Assembly (NCBI GenBank): GCA_009993005.1
Contig: JAACUH010000067.1
Span: 6,848-70,847, forward strand
Source of the DNA: Rhodobacterales bacterium
GTDB lineage: Bacteria > Pseudomonadota > Alphaproteobacteria > Rhodobacterales > Rhodobacteraceae
Reading direction: 5' to 3'
DNA: 64,000 nt
Each line of letters starts with the position of its first letter. Positions within the stretch are counted from its first letter, which is position 1. This document shows, in pieces, positions 1-9,174 of the stretch. A program made the translations under genes and the position numbers. The notes beneath the pieces were generated by a model that had not been told where the DNA came from, made no database searches, and was given only the letters and a program-made list of their open reading frames with translations.

Positions 1-811
1 CGACGCGCAGGGCGTGGGGGGTGGTGAACACCTCTTCGGTCGGGATGTTGGCGTTGCAAACGATACCGTTTGAGGCAGGCGAGGACCCGCCCATCCAGGC
101 GTGACCATCGGCCAGGCCCACGGTCAGGTCGGTGCCCGGACCGGTAAAATGCAGCGCATGGAAGCGGTGGCCGTTGAGCCAGGCGGCGCGGTCATGCAGA
201 TGCGCGTTATGCGCGGCCCAGTTGGCGACGGGGTCGGGCTGATCGACGCGCGAGGCGGCAAAGATCGCGCGGGCGAGGGCGGCGATGGCCTCGCGTTCGC
301 TCAGGTCGGGAAAGACCTGTTTCGCCCAGGCGGGGTGCGGATAAGAACAGAGCGACCAGTTGATGTCGAAATTGCTGATGTAGGTCAGCGCCGGGCGATA
401 GGCCACCGCATTGGCCCTGGCCGCGCGGGCGACCTTGTCGGGGTCCTGGCCCGACAGCAGCATCGGGTTGTCGCCGACAACGGCCATGCGCGCGCAATTG
501 GCGGAAAATGCGGCGCCCATCCCGTCGTAAAGCCAGCCCGGCGCGCGGTCAAAGCTCAGGTCATGCGCATGGCCGTAGCGGGCGAGCGTGATCTCGTCAT
601 CGTTGAACAGCGGCGTGATCGTGGCGGCGCCGGCCTTGTAGGCATGCACCGCGATGCGCCGCACAAAGGGCAGCGCCGCGGTGGGCGCCGTGAGCAGCAG
701 GTCCTGCCCCGGTTGCAGGTTCAGCCCGACCTTGACCGCAACCTCGGCCATCCGGTCGAGCAGGACGGGGTCGATGGGGTCGGCGGCGGCGATGGGGGTC
801 TGGTCGGTCAT
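1..811 (-). CDS. Aminopeptidase, peptidase M29 (AmpS/aminopeptidase T) family, 3' end outside window
   Basis: Not in the ORF track because it has no stop in the window. Manual translation from ATG 811 (GGAG RBS upstream) gives MTDQTPIAAADPIDPVLLDRMAEVAVKVGLNLQPGQDLLL...INWSLCSYPHPAWAKQVFPDL...AIFAASRVDQPDPVANW, typical of M29. Confidence 0.85.
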   Translation of the reverse strand, partial: MTDQTPIAAADPIDPVLLDRMAEVAVKVGLNLQPGQDLLLTAPTAALPFVRRIAVHAYKAGAATITPLFNDDEITLARYGHAHDLSFDRAPGWLYDGMGAAFSANCARMAVVGDNPMLLSGQDPDKVARAARANAVAYRPALTYISNFDINWSLCSYPHPAWAKQVFPDLSEREAIAALARAIFAASRVDQPDPVANWAAHNAHLHDRAAWLNGHRFHALHFTGPGTDLTVGLADGHAWMGGSSPASNGIVCNANIPTEEVFTTPHALRV

Positions 812-872
812 GATGCTCTCCTGCGGTTGTGAGGCGCAGGATAGACCCGGGGCGGGCAGCGTCAATCACCGT

Positions 873-1568
873 TCAGAGCGCGCGCAGCCAGCCCATCCGT
901 GCGGCCAGGTCCGGCGCACCAAAGGCGAGCGAGCCGAGCACGACCGTCTCGGCCCCGGCGGCGCGCAATTGCGGCACGGTGGTGTCGCGGATGCCGCCGT
1001 CGGCCGCGAGCACGATCCGCCGGCCGGTGGCGGCGATCAACGCACCGGCAGTGCGCAGCCGGTCGCAGGCGAGCGGGCTCAGCCCCTGCCCCTTGACCCC
1101 GATGGCGGTGCCCAAAAGCGTGAGCATGTCGAGCCGCCCGAGCCAGCGCGCGGCCTGTTCGACCGGCGTTTCCAGCCGCAGCACCATGCCGGCGGCGACA
1201 CCAAGCTGCGCCAGCCGGTCAAAGGCCGCCTCGGCCAGGGCGGCGTTCTCGACATGCAGGCTGATGAGGTCGGCGCCCGCCTCGACAAACTGGTCGATCT
1301 GCGCGAGCAGCACGGCGTCATCGACCATCAGGTGCACATGGATCGGGATCGTGGTCGCCTCGCGCAAGCGGGCGACCTGATCGGGAAAGAACAGGAGCGC
1401 GGGGGCGAAATGCCCGTCGGCCACATCGACATGCAGGATGTCGGCATGGGGCGTGATGCGGTCGAGGTCATCGGCCAGGCGCAAGAGGTCGGCCGACCAC
1501 ATCGAGAATTCGGCGATCAGGTGATCGGTCGGCAGGCGGGTCATCCAGCCGGCGGCGGGTCTGGGCAT
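873..1568 (-). CDS. Ribulose-phosphate 3-epimerase family protein (Rpe/AlsE-like sugar-phosphate 3-epimerase)
   Basis: Motifs LHVDVADGHF, HVHLMV, ADGGI, VLGS; last gene of a coupled minus-strand operon; alternative TTG start at 1574. Confidence 0.85.
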   Translation of the reverse strand: MPRPAAGWMTRLPTDHLIAEFSMWSADLLRLADDLDRITPHADILHVDVADGHFAPALLFFPDQVARLREATTIPIHVHLMVDDAVLLAQIDQFVEAGADLISLHVENAALAEAAFDRLAQLGVAAGMVLRLETPVEQAARWLGRLDMLTLLGTAIGVKGQGLSPLACDRLRTAGALIAATGRRIVLAADGGIRDTTVPQLRAAGAETVVLGSLAFGAPDLAARMGWLRAL

Positions 1569-1570
1569 GG

Positions 1571-2353
1571 TCAAAGCTCCTCGAGGAAAGCGGTCATTGC
1601 AGCATGGAGAGCGGCAAAATGGCCTTGTTTGTCACTGGATTTTGGCGGCAGTTCGACCAGACGCGCGCCGATCAGCGCGGCCAGCCGCCCGGCATGGGCT
1701 GCCGGGTGGACATGGTCGCGCCCGGTGGCGCAGACGAGCGTCGGCACGGTGATGGCGGCAACCTGCGCGGGCGTCACGCCAGGGCCATCGGCTGAAATCG
1801 CCTGCAACAGCGCGGCGGTTTGCGCCAACGGCTCGCGCGCAAAAAAGCCCGTCAGCGAGCCGAGGTTGTCGGGTGCGGTGCGGGCGAGGTGTTGAGCCAT
1901 ATCAGTCTCTGCAAAGGCAGATGCGCCCTGACCGGCGGCAATCATCCGGCCGACCAGCGCATTTGGCGCCATGTTGTCGGGGGCAGCGTCGGTCACCCAG
2001 GCGGGGCGGATCAGGACCAGTGCGCGCACCAGATCCGGCCGCGTCACGGCGAGCCGCAACGCGATCGCCCCCCCCATGGAGATGCCGCCCAGCACGACCG
2101 GGCCCGGCAGCGTCTCGATCATCGCGGCGACGTCCTCGGCAAATGTCGTGATCGAAAGGTCGCCGCCGCACTCCGACCCACCATGCCCGCGACAGTCGAG
2201 CGTGATGCGCCGAAAGCGGGGGTCTTGCGGCATCGCTTCGGCCGTCTGGCGGGCGTCACCGCAGAGCCCGTGTTGCAGGACAACCGGCATCCCGCCGCCC
2301 CCCGCGTCATGCAGGGCGAGGCGCAGACCGTCGCGCAGGAGCCAGCCGGTCAT
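1571..2353 (-). CDS. Alpha/beta-fold hydrolase
   Basis: HG oxyanion motif (LQHGL), DCRGHG, nucleophile elbow GISMGG, C-terminal GH. Confidence 0.85.
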   Translation of the reverse strand: MTGWLLRDGLRLALHDAGGGGMPVVLQHGLCGDARQTAEAMPQDPRFRRITLDCRGHGGSECGGDLSITTFAEDVAAMIETLPGPVVLGGISMGGAIALRLAVTRPDLVRALVLIRPAWVTDAAPDNMAPNALVGRMIAAGQGASAFAETDMAQHLARTAPDNLGSLTGFFAREPLAQTAALLQAISADGPGVTPAQVAAITVPTLVCATGRDHVHPAAHAGRLAALIGARLVELPPKSSDKQGHFAALHAAMTAFLEEL

Positions 2354-3165
2354 GCCAGCGCCTCGGCGAGGACGCGTGCCACGCCGGGGGCCTCTGCGGC
2401 GCTCAGCCCATGTGTGACCAGGTCGCCATCGAACCCCGCCGCGCGCAGGCGGGCGATGAAGGCGGCGAAATCGACCACGCCCTGCCCGGCGGCGACAAAA
2501 CTGCCATCGGGCGCGCGGTCCTTGGCATGGGCCATGACGATGTGGCCTGCGAGCAGGTCAACCGCGCGGGCAATGATCTCGCCATGGTCGGGCGCGGTCT
2601 CGAACAGGTTGGCGGGGTCGAGCACGATGGCCAGCACAGGGCTCTGGAGCGTGTCTAACAGGGCCCGGGCGCGGGCGGCACTGTCCACGACATTGGCGAG
2701 TTCCGGCTCGATGCCGAGCCGGACGCCACGCGCCTCGGCCAGGGTGCAGGCCTTGGCCATCTCGCGCAGCAGATCGTCCCAGGCGGCAGGGCTCTGGTTG
2801 TCGGGGTGGGCGCGCCATTGATCGTCGGGATCGCGGGTGCCGGTGCACAGCGTGACCATCCCGGTGCCAAGGCCCGCGCAGGCGTCGATCAGCACGCCGA
2901 GCCTGCGCAGACCCGTTTCGCGCACCCTCCTGTCGGGGTGGATCATGTTGTAGGTGCCCGAGACGGCCGCGACATGCAGGCCGGTCGCCCGCGTGGCCTC
3001 GGTCACGGCCTGCGCCTGCGCGGTTGTGATCACATCGGGCATGGCAGGCAGTCCAGAGCAGGCCATGTTGTATTGCACGGCGTCGTAGCCCGCAGCGCGC
3101 GCGGCCTGCATCACGGTCAACGGGTCGCTGCCCGCAAAGGTCTTGGCAAAGATACCCAGCCGCAT
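2350..3165 (-). CDS. Sugar phosphate isomerase/epimerase (AP endonuclease 2 / xylose isomerase-like TIM barrel)
   Basis: LGIEPE, VLDPANL, AHAKD and GQGVVDF motifs; ATGA overlap with the downstream gene. Confidence 0.85.
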   Translation of the reverse strand: MRLGIFAKTFAGSDPLTVMQAARAAGYDAVQYNMACSGLPAMPDVITTAQAQAVTEATRATGLHVAAVSGTYNMIHPDRRVRETGLRRLGVLIDACAGLGTGMVTLCTGTRDPDDQWRAHPDNQSPAAWDDLLREMAKACTLAEARGVRLGIEPELANVVDSAARARALLDTLQSPVLAIVLDPANLFETAPDHGEIIARAVDLLAGHIVMAHAKDRAPDGSFVAAGQGVVDFAAFIARLRAAGFDGDLVTHGLSAAEAPGVARVLAEALA

Positions 3166-4238
3166 CAGAGCGGCCCCGTGACATCGGCAAGCCGCACCGT
3201 CTCGCCTCTGTTGCGCGCCGATTGCGCGATGGCGACCATCGCGCGGACCGAGGCGATGCCATCCTCCAGATCGGCGCCGCCGGTGCGCTGACCGGTGAGC
3301 ACGGTGTCGGCAAAGCCTTCCACCTGGCGGCGGTAGAAATGCCCGTCTGCGCCCAGCACACGGCGCGTGGTGCCGTCGCTTTCGTGAAAGATGTCCACTT
3401 CGGAGGTCTTGTAATACCAGGGATTGTAGGTTTTGGCCAGTATAGAGCCGTTTTCACCGTAAATCTGAAAGCCCTCGTGCCAGTCCATCCGCACCGCGAC
3501 GGTGAGGTCGAGGTGGCCGAGCACGCCATTGGCAAAGGTCACATCGACAAACCAGGTGCGGATGCCCGCGCGGTTCAGGAGACGCGCGGAGACCGCTTCG
3601 ATCTCGCCTCCGAAAAAGCGCGCGGTATCGACAAGGTGGCTGCCATGGGCGAGCATGTAATACCGGTCGAGGTCGGCCTTGGGGTTTTCTGCGGGTTTGC
3701 GGGCCTGGGACGAGGTGACCATCAGCGGCTGCACCGCGTCGGTCATCGGGTAGCGGTGGGTGCTGTCGCAATACCAGGCCTTGAGCGCGACCATTGCGTC
3801 CATTTCAGTCTCTGCAAAGGCCTTGGCGGCCTGAAGCCCGGCGTCGTAACGCTTCATGTGACCGACCTGGAGCACCAGCCTGCCCGCGACGCCGCGCAGG
3901 CTTTCGGCCTCTTCCACGCTGGTGGCGAGGGGTTTCTCGCAGAGCACATGCTTGCCCGCCGCCAGCGCCATGCGCGCGGCGGGGACATGGAAGGCGTCCG
4001 AGGTGGCGATGATCACCGCCTCGAGGTCGGGATCGGCGAGCATCGCGGCATAGTCCGCATAGCTGCGCGCCGGGGCGTGGGTGGCGGCCATCCGGTCGCG
4101 CAGGTCGTCGGCCACGTCGCAGATCGCGTAGAGCGTCGCATTGCGCGCCTTGGTGCAGCTTTCGAAATGGGCGGCCTGGGCGATGGGGCCGCAGCCGAGC
4201 ACGCCGATACGCAAGAGGCGGTCCTGTTTGGGGGGCAT
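3165..4238 (-). CDS. Gfo/Idh/MocA family NAD(P)-dependent oxidoreductase
   Basis: IGVLGCGPIA Rossmann motif, HVLCEKP, GHMKRYD; start set at ATG 4238 with AAAGGA RBS (ORF track extends upstream through a repeat). Confidence 0.9.
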   Translation of the reverse strand: MPPKQDRLLRIGVLGCGPIAQAAHFESCTKARNATLYAICDVADDLRDRMAATHAPARSYADYAAMLADPDLEAVIIATSDAFHVPAARMALAAGKHVLCEKPLATSVEEAESLRGVAGRLVLQVGHMKRYDAGLQAAKAFAETEMDAMVALKAWYCDSTHRYPMTDAVQPLMVTSSQARKPAENPKADLDRYYMLAHGSHLVDTARFFGGEIEAVSARLLNRAGIRTWFVDVTFANGVLGHLDLTVAVRMDWHEGFQIYGENGSILAKTYNPWYYKTSEVDIFHESDGTTRRVLGADGHFYRRQVEGFADTVLTGQRTGGADLEDGIASVRAMVAIAQSARNRGETVRLADVTGPL

Positions 4239-4265
4239 GGCGCCGGTCCTTTCGGTGAGGGGGGA

Positions 4266-4325
4266 GGGGGCGCTGCCCCCGCGCGCGTGCCGCGCGCCCC
4301 CCGGGATATTTGGGGCAAGATGAAG
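4266..4325 (+). repeat. Dispersed palindromic repeat, copy A (intergenic)
   Basis: GGGGGCGCTGCCCCC-GCGCGCG-TGC-CGCGCGC-CCCCCGGGATATTTGGGGCAAGATGAAG; same architecture as copies at 21502, 41961, 59021 and 60382. Confidence 0.8.
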
Positions 4326-4333
4326 CGGGGGGG

Positions 4334-5257
4334 TCAGCCCGGCGGCGGGGTCGGAGGGCTGTTGCCCTCCATCGGGCCGCGCACGGTCACGGCGCGGGCG
4401 CCGGCGGCATTGGCCTCGGACAGAGCGCGTGCAAAGGGCGTGCCGAGGGCGGTGAGGGCGATGTAGGTGGCGCAAAAGCAGTCGCCCGCGCCGGTGGGGT
4501 CGATCACGGTGGCGGGATCGGCCGGCAGGGAAATGACCGCGCGGCGGTCAGTGCCGATGCAGCCCGCGTCGCCACGCTTGAGCACGACGCTGTGCGCGTG
4601 GGGAAGGGCGGCGGCGAGGGCGGCGAAATCGGCGCCGGGCCAGAGTGCTGCGGCGTCTGCATCGGAGGGCAGGACGTGGTGCGACAGGGCGATGAGCGCG
4701 CGCAGGGTCTCGATGTAGCCTGCGTCGCGCAGGAGTTCGGGCCTGATGTTCGGGTCGATGGACAGAATGACGCCCTGCGGCACAAGTGAGTCGCAAACCG
4801 TGCGGGCGGTGGCGCGCAGGGCGGGGTCGCCCAGGGTCGAGCCGGAGATATGCAGATGGGTGACGCCGGCGGCGGCGAAACCGGCGACGATGGTCGCGGC
4901 GTCGGGCAGCATCGCGGCGGCGCTGTGGCCGATGTTGAACACGAAAGCGCGGCTGCCGTCGGAGGCATAGGCGACATGGGCGGTGCCTGTCGGCCTGTCT
5001 GTCACCGCGATCAGCCGGTCATCGACGCCATGCGCGCGCAGCCGGTCGAGGATCACGCGGCCGAAGGGATCGTCACCGACGGCCCCGGCAAAGACCGCCT
5101 GCCCGATGATCTGAGCGGCCTGGTCGATGAAGATGCCGGGCGCGCCGCTGGGAAAGGGGCCGATGTAGGGGGCGGGCCGCGCATGTTGCGTATCGGTGTC
5201 GGTGCAGACGAACTCTACCAGCAGCTCACCCAGCGCTGCGATGATCGGGCGGGACAT
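4334..5257 (-). CDS. PfkB family carbohydrate kinase
   Basis: GELLVEF, GAVGDDPFG, DPNIRP and C-terminal PfkB signature DPTGAGDCF. Confidence 0.92.
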   Translation of the reverse strand: MSRPIIAALGELLVEFVCTDTDTQHARPAPYIGPFPSGAPGIFIDQAAQIIGQAVFAGAVGDDPFGRVILDRLRAHGVDDRLIAVTDRPTGTAHVAYASDGSRAFVFNIGHSAAAMLPDAATIVAGFAAAGVTHLHISGSTLGDPALRATARTVCDSLVPQGVILSIDPNIRPELLRDAGYIETLRALIALSHHVLPSDADAAALWPGADFAALAAALPHAHSVVLKRGDAGCIGTDRRAVISLPADPATVIDPTGAGDCFCATYIALTALGTPFARALSEANAAGARAVTVRGPMEGNSPPTPPPG

Positions 5258-5260
5258 GGG

Positions 5261-6001
5261 CTAGCCGCCGACCATCAGCTTGACCACCTCGTCATGGGTC
5301 GTCTCGCTGATCCGCCGTTCGCCGGCGCGCACACCGCGGCGCAGCACCACAATGCGGTCGGACACGGCAAAGATGTCCTGCAGGTTATGGCTGATGAAGA
5401 TCACGCCGCGCCCCTGCGCCTTGAGCTGGTGGATGAGCGAGATCACCTTGCGCTGTTCGGGCACGCCCAGCGCCGCGGTGGGTTCGTCCATGATGAGGAT
5501 CTGCGCGTTCCAGTAGACGGCGCGGCCGATCGCCACCGCCTGCCGCTGGCCGCCGGAAAAGTTCGACACCGGCGCTTCCATCCGGTTCACATGGAAGTCG
5601 AGCAGCGCCATCGTGGTCTTGGCGGCTTCGGCCATCCTGGCGCGGTCGATCACCGGCAGAAAGCCGAAGGCGCGGCGCATCGGTTCGCGGCCCAGAAAGA
5701 TATTTGCCCCGATCGACAGGTTGTCGGCCAGCGCGAGGTCCTGGTAGATCGTCTCTATCCCCTTTTCGCGGGCCTCTTGCGGGCTCGCGAATTCGACCTT
5801 TTCGCCGCGCAGCAGGATGTCGCCGCCAGAGGGTTTGTACACGCCCGAGATCGCCTTGATCAGCGTGGTCTTGCCCGCGCCATTGTCGCCGGCCAGCGCC
5901 ACGACCTCGCCGGGGGCGATGGTCATCGACATGTCCTGGAGGGCCTGCACGGCGCCGAAGTTCTTGGACAGGTTGCGGATTTCGAGGAGAGGTTCACTCA
6001 C
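5261..6001 (-). CDS. Sugar ABC transporter ATP-binding protein (single NBD)
   Basis: Walker A GDNGAGKTT, signature FSGGQRQ, Walker B LIMDEPT, ISH switch; GTG start overlapping the permease stop. Confidence 0.93.
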   Translation of the reverse strand: MSEPLLEIRNLSKNFGAVQALQDMSMTIAPGEVVALAGDNGAGKTTLIKAISGVYKPSGGDILLRGEKVEFASPQEAREKGIETIYQDLALADNLSIGANIFLGREPMRRAFGFLPVIDRARMAEAAKTTMALLDFHVNRMEAPVSNFSGGQRQAVAIGRAVYWNAQILIMDEPTAALGVPEQRKVISLIHQLKAQGRGVIFISHNLQDIFAVSDRIVVLRRGVRAGERRISETTHDEVVKLMVGG

Positions 6002-7040
6002 TTTGCCGGCCTCCGCCATAGTTGCGCTGGGCCTGGTCGATCAGCACCGAGATGATGATGACGACGCCCACGGAAATGAACTGCCAGAAGGGTTTGACGT
6101 TCATGAACACCAGCCCGTACTGGATGACCGCGATCACGAAGGCGCCCGCAAGCGTGCCCAGGATGGTCCCCGAGCCGCCGAAAAGGCTCGCCCCGCCGAT
6201 CACCACGGCCGCGACAGAATCGAGCAGCAGCGGCTCGCCCGCCTGCGCGGCCCCGGCGCTGAACCGCGCGGCATAGAGGAAACCCGCAAGCCCGGCGCAG
6301 ATGGCCGAAAGGATGTAGAGCTTCATCAGGTGGTTCTTCACGTCGATGCCGGCGCGGCGCGCGGCCTGTTCATTGGCGCCGATGGCATAGTTGTGCTGGC
6401 CAAAGCGGGTCTGGCTGAGCAGGTAGTGCATGATCAGCACGAACACCGCGGCGATGATGACGATATAGGGGATGTTCAGGATCTTGCCGTTGCCGATGGT
6501 GGACAGGAAACTGTTGCGCACCGGCACGGTGGTGCCGTTGGCAAGCAGGAAGGCCACGCCGCGCGCCACGCCGAACATGCCCAGCGTGCCGATGAAGGGC
6601 GGGATGCGCAGCCGCGACACCAGAAGGCCGTTGACCAGACCGGGGATGGCCGCGACGCCCACGGCGACCAGCATCCCGGTGAGCACCGCCATCGGCAGCG
6701 ACATGACGCCGCCGGCCCAGTTGATCACATGCGCCGCGACGACGGCCGCCAGCCCCATGATGAAACCCAGCGACAGGTCGATCCCGCCCGAGATGATGAC
6801 AAAGGTCTGCCCGGTCGCCAGCAAGAGCGGGACCACGGCAAAGATCGCGATGGATTGCAGGTTGAACGGGTTGAGGATGAACGAGCCGCCGAAATCGGCC
6901 CGGGCCCAGACCTCGAACCCGATGATGAGGGCGGCAAGGAACAGCCAGGCGCGCAGGTTGGCAATGCGCTGGAGCAGCGTCAGCTGCACATCGGCGTGGT
7001 CGGCCTGCGGCGCGACATGGGTCTCGGGGGCATGGGTCAT
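5994..7040 (-). CDS. Sugar ABC transporter permease (RbsC/BPD_transp_2 family)
   Basis: GGIDLS, IPPFIGTLG, YAIGANEQAARRAGI, AAVVIGGASLFGG motifs; many hydrophobic segments. Confidence 0.93.
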   Translation of the reverse strand: MTHAPETHVAPQADHADVQLTLLQRIANLRAWLFLAALIIGFEVWARADFGGSFILNPFNLQSIAIFAVVPLLLATGQTFVIISGGIDLSLGFIMGLAAVVAAHVINWAGGVMSLPMAVLTGMLVAVGVAAIPGLVNGLLVSRLRIPPFIGTLGMFGVARGVAFLLANGTTVPVRNSFLSTIGNGKILNIPYIVIIAAVFVLIMHYLLSQTRFGQHNYAIGANEQAARRAGIDVKNHLMKLYILSAICAGLAGFLYAARFSAGAAQAGEPLLLDSVAAVVIGGASLFGGSGTILGTLAGAFVIAVIQYGLVFMNVKPFWQFISVGVVIIISVLIDQAQRNYGGGRQSE

Positions 7041-7115
7041 GGATCATCCTGTGCGGCAAGGTGCGGCCGGACCGCAGGGGCCCGGCCGCAGATACTCCGA
7101 CGGTCTAGGGAGAAA

Positions 7116-8102
7116 TCAGTCGGAGTAGATGTATTTGGCCACGTCCGGGTCGCTTACGTTGGACGCGTCGATGATGGTAAAGCCGGTGCCGATCGAGACC
7201 GGGATCGAGTTGCCGGTCAGGTGGGCATAGGCCGACACCACACCGTAATAGCCGATTTCGGCCGGGTGCTGTGCGATGGCCACGTCAACGAGGCCCGAGT
7301 TGATGTTGTCCACGATGCTGGTCGGTGCATCGAAGGCCACAACCTTGATCACGCCCGACTGCCCCGCCTGCTGCACGCCATTGGCGGCGCCCAGAGCCGA
7401 GAACAGGTTGGCGCCGAACACGCCCTTGAGGTCCGGGTTGCGGGCAAAGACGGCCTGCAACTGGCTCGCGGCATTGTTCGCGTCGTTTTCGTTGAACTGC
7501 GTTTCCAGCACTTCGACACCGGGGAAGTTCTCGGCCATTTCGGCCTTGAATCCCGCTTCGCGCTGGTCGGTGGTCGAGATGCCGGGGTTCACGTTCGACA
7601 CATAGACCTTGCCTTCACCGCCGATGGCATTGGCCAGCGCGCGCGCGGCAATGCGACCGCCGAGCACGTTGTCGGACGCGATATAGGCCAGCGGGAAATC
7701 GGCATCACCCGCGCCGGTCTGATAGACGCCGCTGCCGATGAACGTGTCCACCGTGATGACCGGAATGCCCGCTTCATATGCCTTGCGCAGCGGTTCGATC
7801 AGCTGGACGGTGTCGGTCGGCGCGATCAGGATCGCGTCGGGCCCCCGCGCGATGACGGCGTCGAGCACCGGCACCTGCGTCACCGGGTTGAAGTCGGGCG
7901 CGCCCTGAAACACAAGCTCGACCCCCAGTGCATCGGCCGCGGCCTGCGCGCCTTTCTGCATGGTGATGTAGAAGGCGTCGGTGGTCAGGCCGGGCACCAG
8001 CGCGATGGTGAACGAATGGCTCTCTGCCACAGCCGTGACCGGGCTGAAGGCGGTGGTCAGGGCGGCAAGTGCGGCTGCCCCGAGGATTGAACGGCGTTTC
8101 AT
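7116..8102 (-). CDS. Sugar ABC transporter periplasmic binding protein (RbsB-like)
   Basis: Signal peptide MKRRSILGAAALAALTTAF.., GGAGGAG RBS, GIPVITVD, ASDNVLGG, VVAFD motifs. Confidence 0.9.
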   Translation of the reverse strand: MKRRSILGAAALAALTTAFSPVTAVAESHSFTIALVPGLTTDAFYITMQKGAQAAADALGVELVFQGAPDFNPVTQVPVLDAVIARGPDAILIAPTDTVQLIEPLRKAYEAGIPVITVDTFIGSGVYQTGAGDADFPLAYIASDNVLGGRIAARALANAIGGEGKVYVSNVNPGISTTDQREAGFKAEMAENFPGVEVLETQFNENDANNAASQLQAVFARNPDLKGVFGANLFSALGAANGVQQAGQSGVIKVVAFDAPTSIVDNINSGLVDVAIAQHPAEIGYYGVVSAYAHLTGNSIPVSIGTGFTIIDASNVSDPDVAKYIYSD

Positions 8103-8207
8103 ATGATCTCCTCCCATGAGATGGCCGGGTTCTGCCCTCTGAGGGCCAGTCCCCGGTTCCGAATGAACGGTGTGGCGATAACATTGCCCTTTGACAGACC
8201 CGTCAAG

Positions 8208-8225
8208 TGCAATTCGTTTCTGCAA
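8208..8225. promoter_or_regulatory. Putative operator TTGCA-N9-TGCA upstream of the ABC operon
   Basis: TGCAATTCGTTTCTGCAA matches the reverse complement of 13704-13721 at 17 of 18 positions. Confidence 0.55.
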
Positions 8226-8283
8226 GAGATTTCTACCGCAGATTCTTCGCGGCCCCGGCCAGCGCCCTTGCAGCGGTGCTGGC

Positions 8284-9006
8284 TCATGGCGCTGCCTCCG
8301 GGGTGGTGGCCGTGAAAAAGCCAAGCCCCTGATGCAGATGGTCTGCCATGAAATACTGATAGGCGAGCCTGTCGCCCTCGCGCAGCGCGCGGATGATGGC
8401 GGCATGGCTGGCGTGCGCCATGTCGCGGCCGCGCGTTTCCTTGCCTGTCTCCATCAGCCGCAGGATCACCGGCTCCATGATCCGATAGACGTCGCGCAGC
8501 GTTGCATTGCCCGCGATGGCGACCAGCGCGTGGTGAAAGGCATAATCGGCGGCGGCGCAGGCGGCGACATCGGGCGCGGCCAGCATCGCGGCATTTTGCG
8601 CCTCGAGCCGGGCGAGGTCGGCCATGGTCAGGTGCGGCGCGAGCGCATCAAAGAGATTGACCTCGACCAGTTGGCGAAAACCCTGGATGTCGGCGAATGT
8701 CTCGGGCGAAATCGAGAGCTGGAACGAGAACACATCGAGCGCCGCCGACAGGTGCCGGTTGATGAGCACCGCGCCGACCTTTGGCCGCACCTCGATCACG
8801 CCATAGGCGCGCAGCACGCCGATCGCCTCGCGCACCGTGTTGCGCGCCATGCCGAACCTTTCCGACAATTCCCGTTCGGTCGGCAGGCTGTCGCCCGTCA
8901 CCAGACCCTCGGCCGCGATCATCGCGCGCAGCTCGGCCACAAGCGTGTGAACTGCGCCGGAGCGGGCGATGTCGGGGTCGGGCGGCAAAGGTCGGGCAGC
9001 CAGCAT
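8284..9006 (-). CDS. GntR/FadR family transcriptional regulator (wHTH + FCD)
   Basis: LPTERELSERFGMARNTVREAI HTH; DYAFHHALVAIAGN and HAAIIRAL FCD motifs; divergent from uxuA. Confidence 0.92.
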   Translation of the reverse strand: MLAARPLPPDPDIARSGAVHTLVAELRAMIAAEGLVTGDSLPTERELSERFGMARNTVREAIGVLRAYGVIEVRPKVGAVLINRHLSAALDVFSFQLSISPETFADIQGFRQLVEVNLFDALAPHLTMADLARLEAQNAAMLAAPDVAACAAADYAFHHALVAIAGNATLRDVYRIMEPVILRLMETGKETRGRDMAHASHAAIIRALREGDRLAYQYFMADHLHQGLGFFTATTPEAAP

Positions 9007-9018
9007 CGCATCCCCATT

Positions 9019-9160
9019 CGTTGGACCAGAATATGGTTAGGGCGGCATGAGATTCGGTTCAATCCCCAATTTCACGATTTACACAGCCGAGAACTCGGTA
9101 TTTTCTCGCTCCGCAGGCGCAATCTGGTCCAATCTTTGATTCGCGCAGTCCGATCCAGAA
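9019..9160. promoter_or_regulatory. Candidate FadR-type operator half-sites in the divergent fadR-uxuA region
   Basis: TTGGACCAGA (9021-9030) and TCTGGTCCAA (9123-9132) form an exact 10-bp inverted pair resembling the TGGTC..ACCA boxes of FadR subfamily regulators. Confidence 0.4.
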
Positions 9161-9174
9161 GAACGAGGCCCAGG

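Noticed and set aside
8191..9174. Apparent 721-aa UxuA with a long N-terminal extension
   Set aside because: The extension is the antisense of the FadR gene; UxuA motifs begin at ATG 9175.
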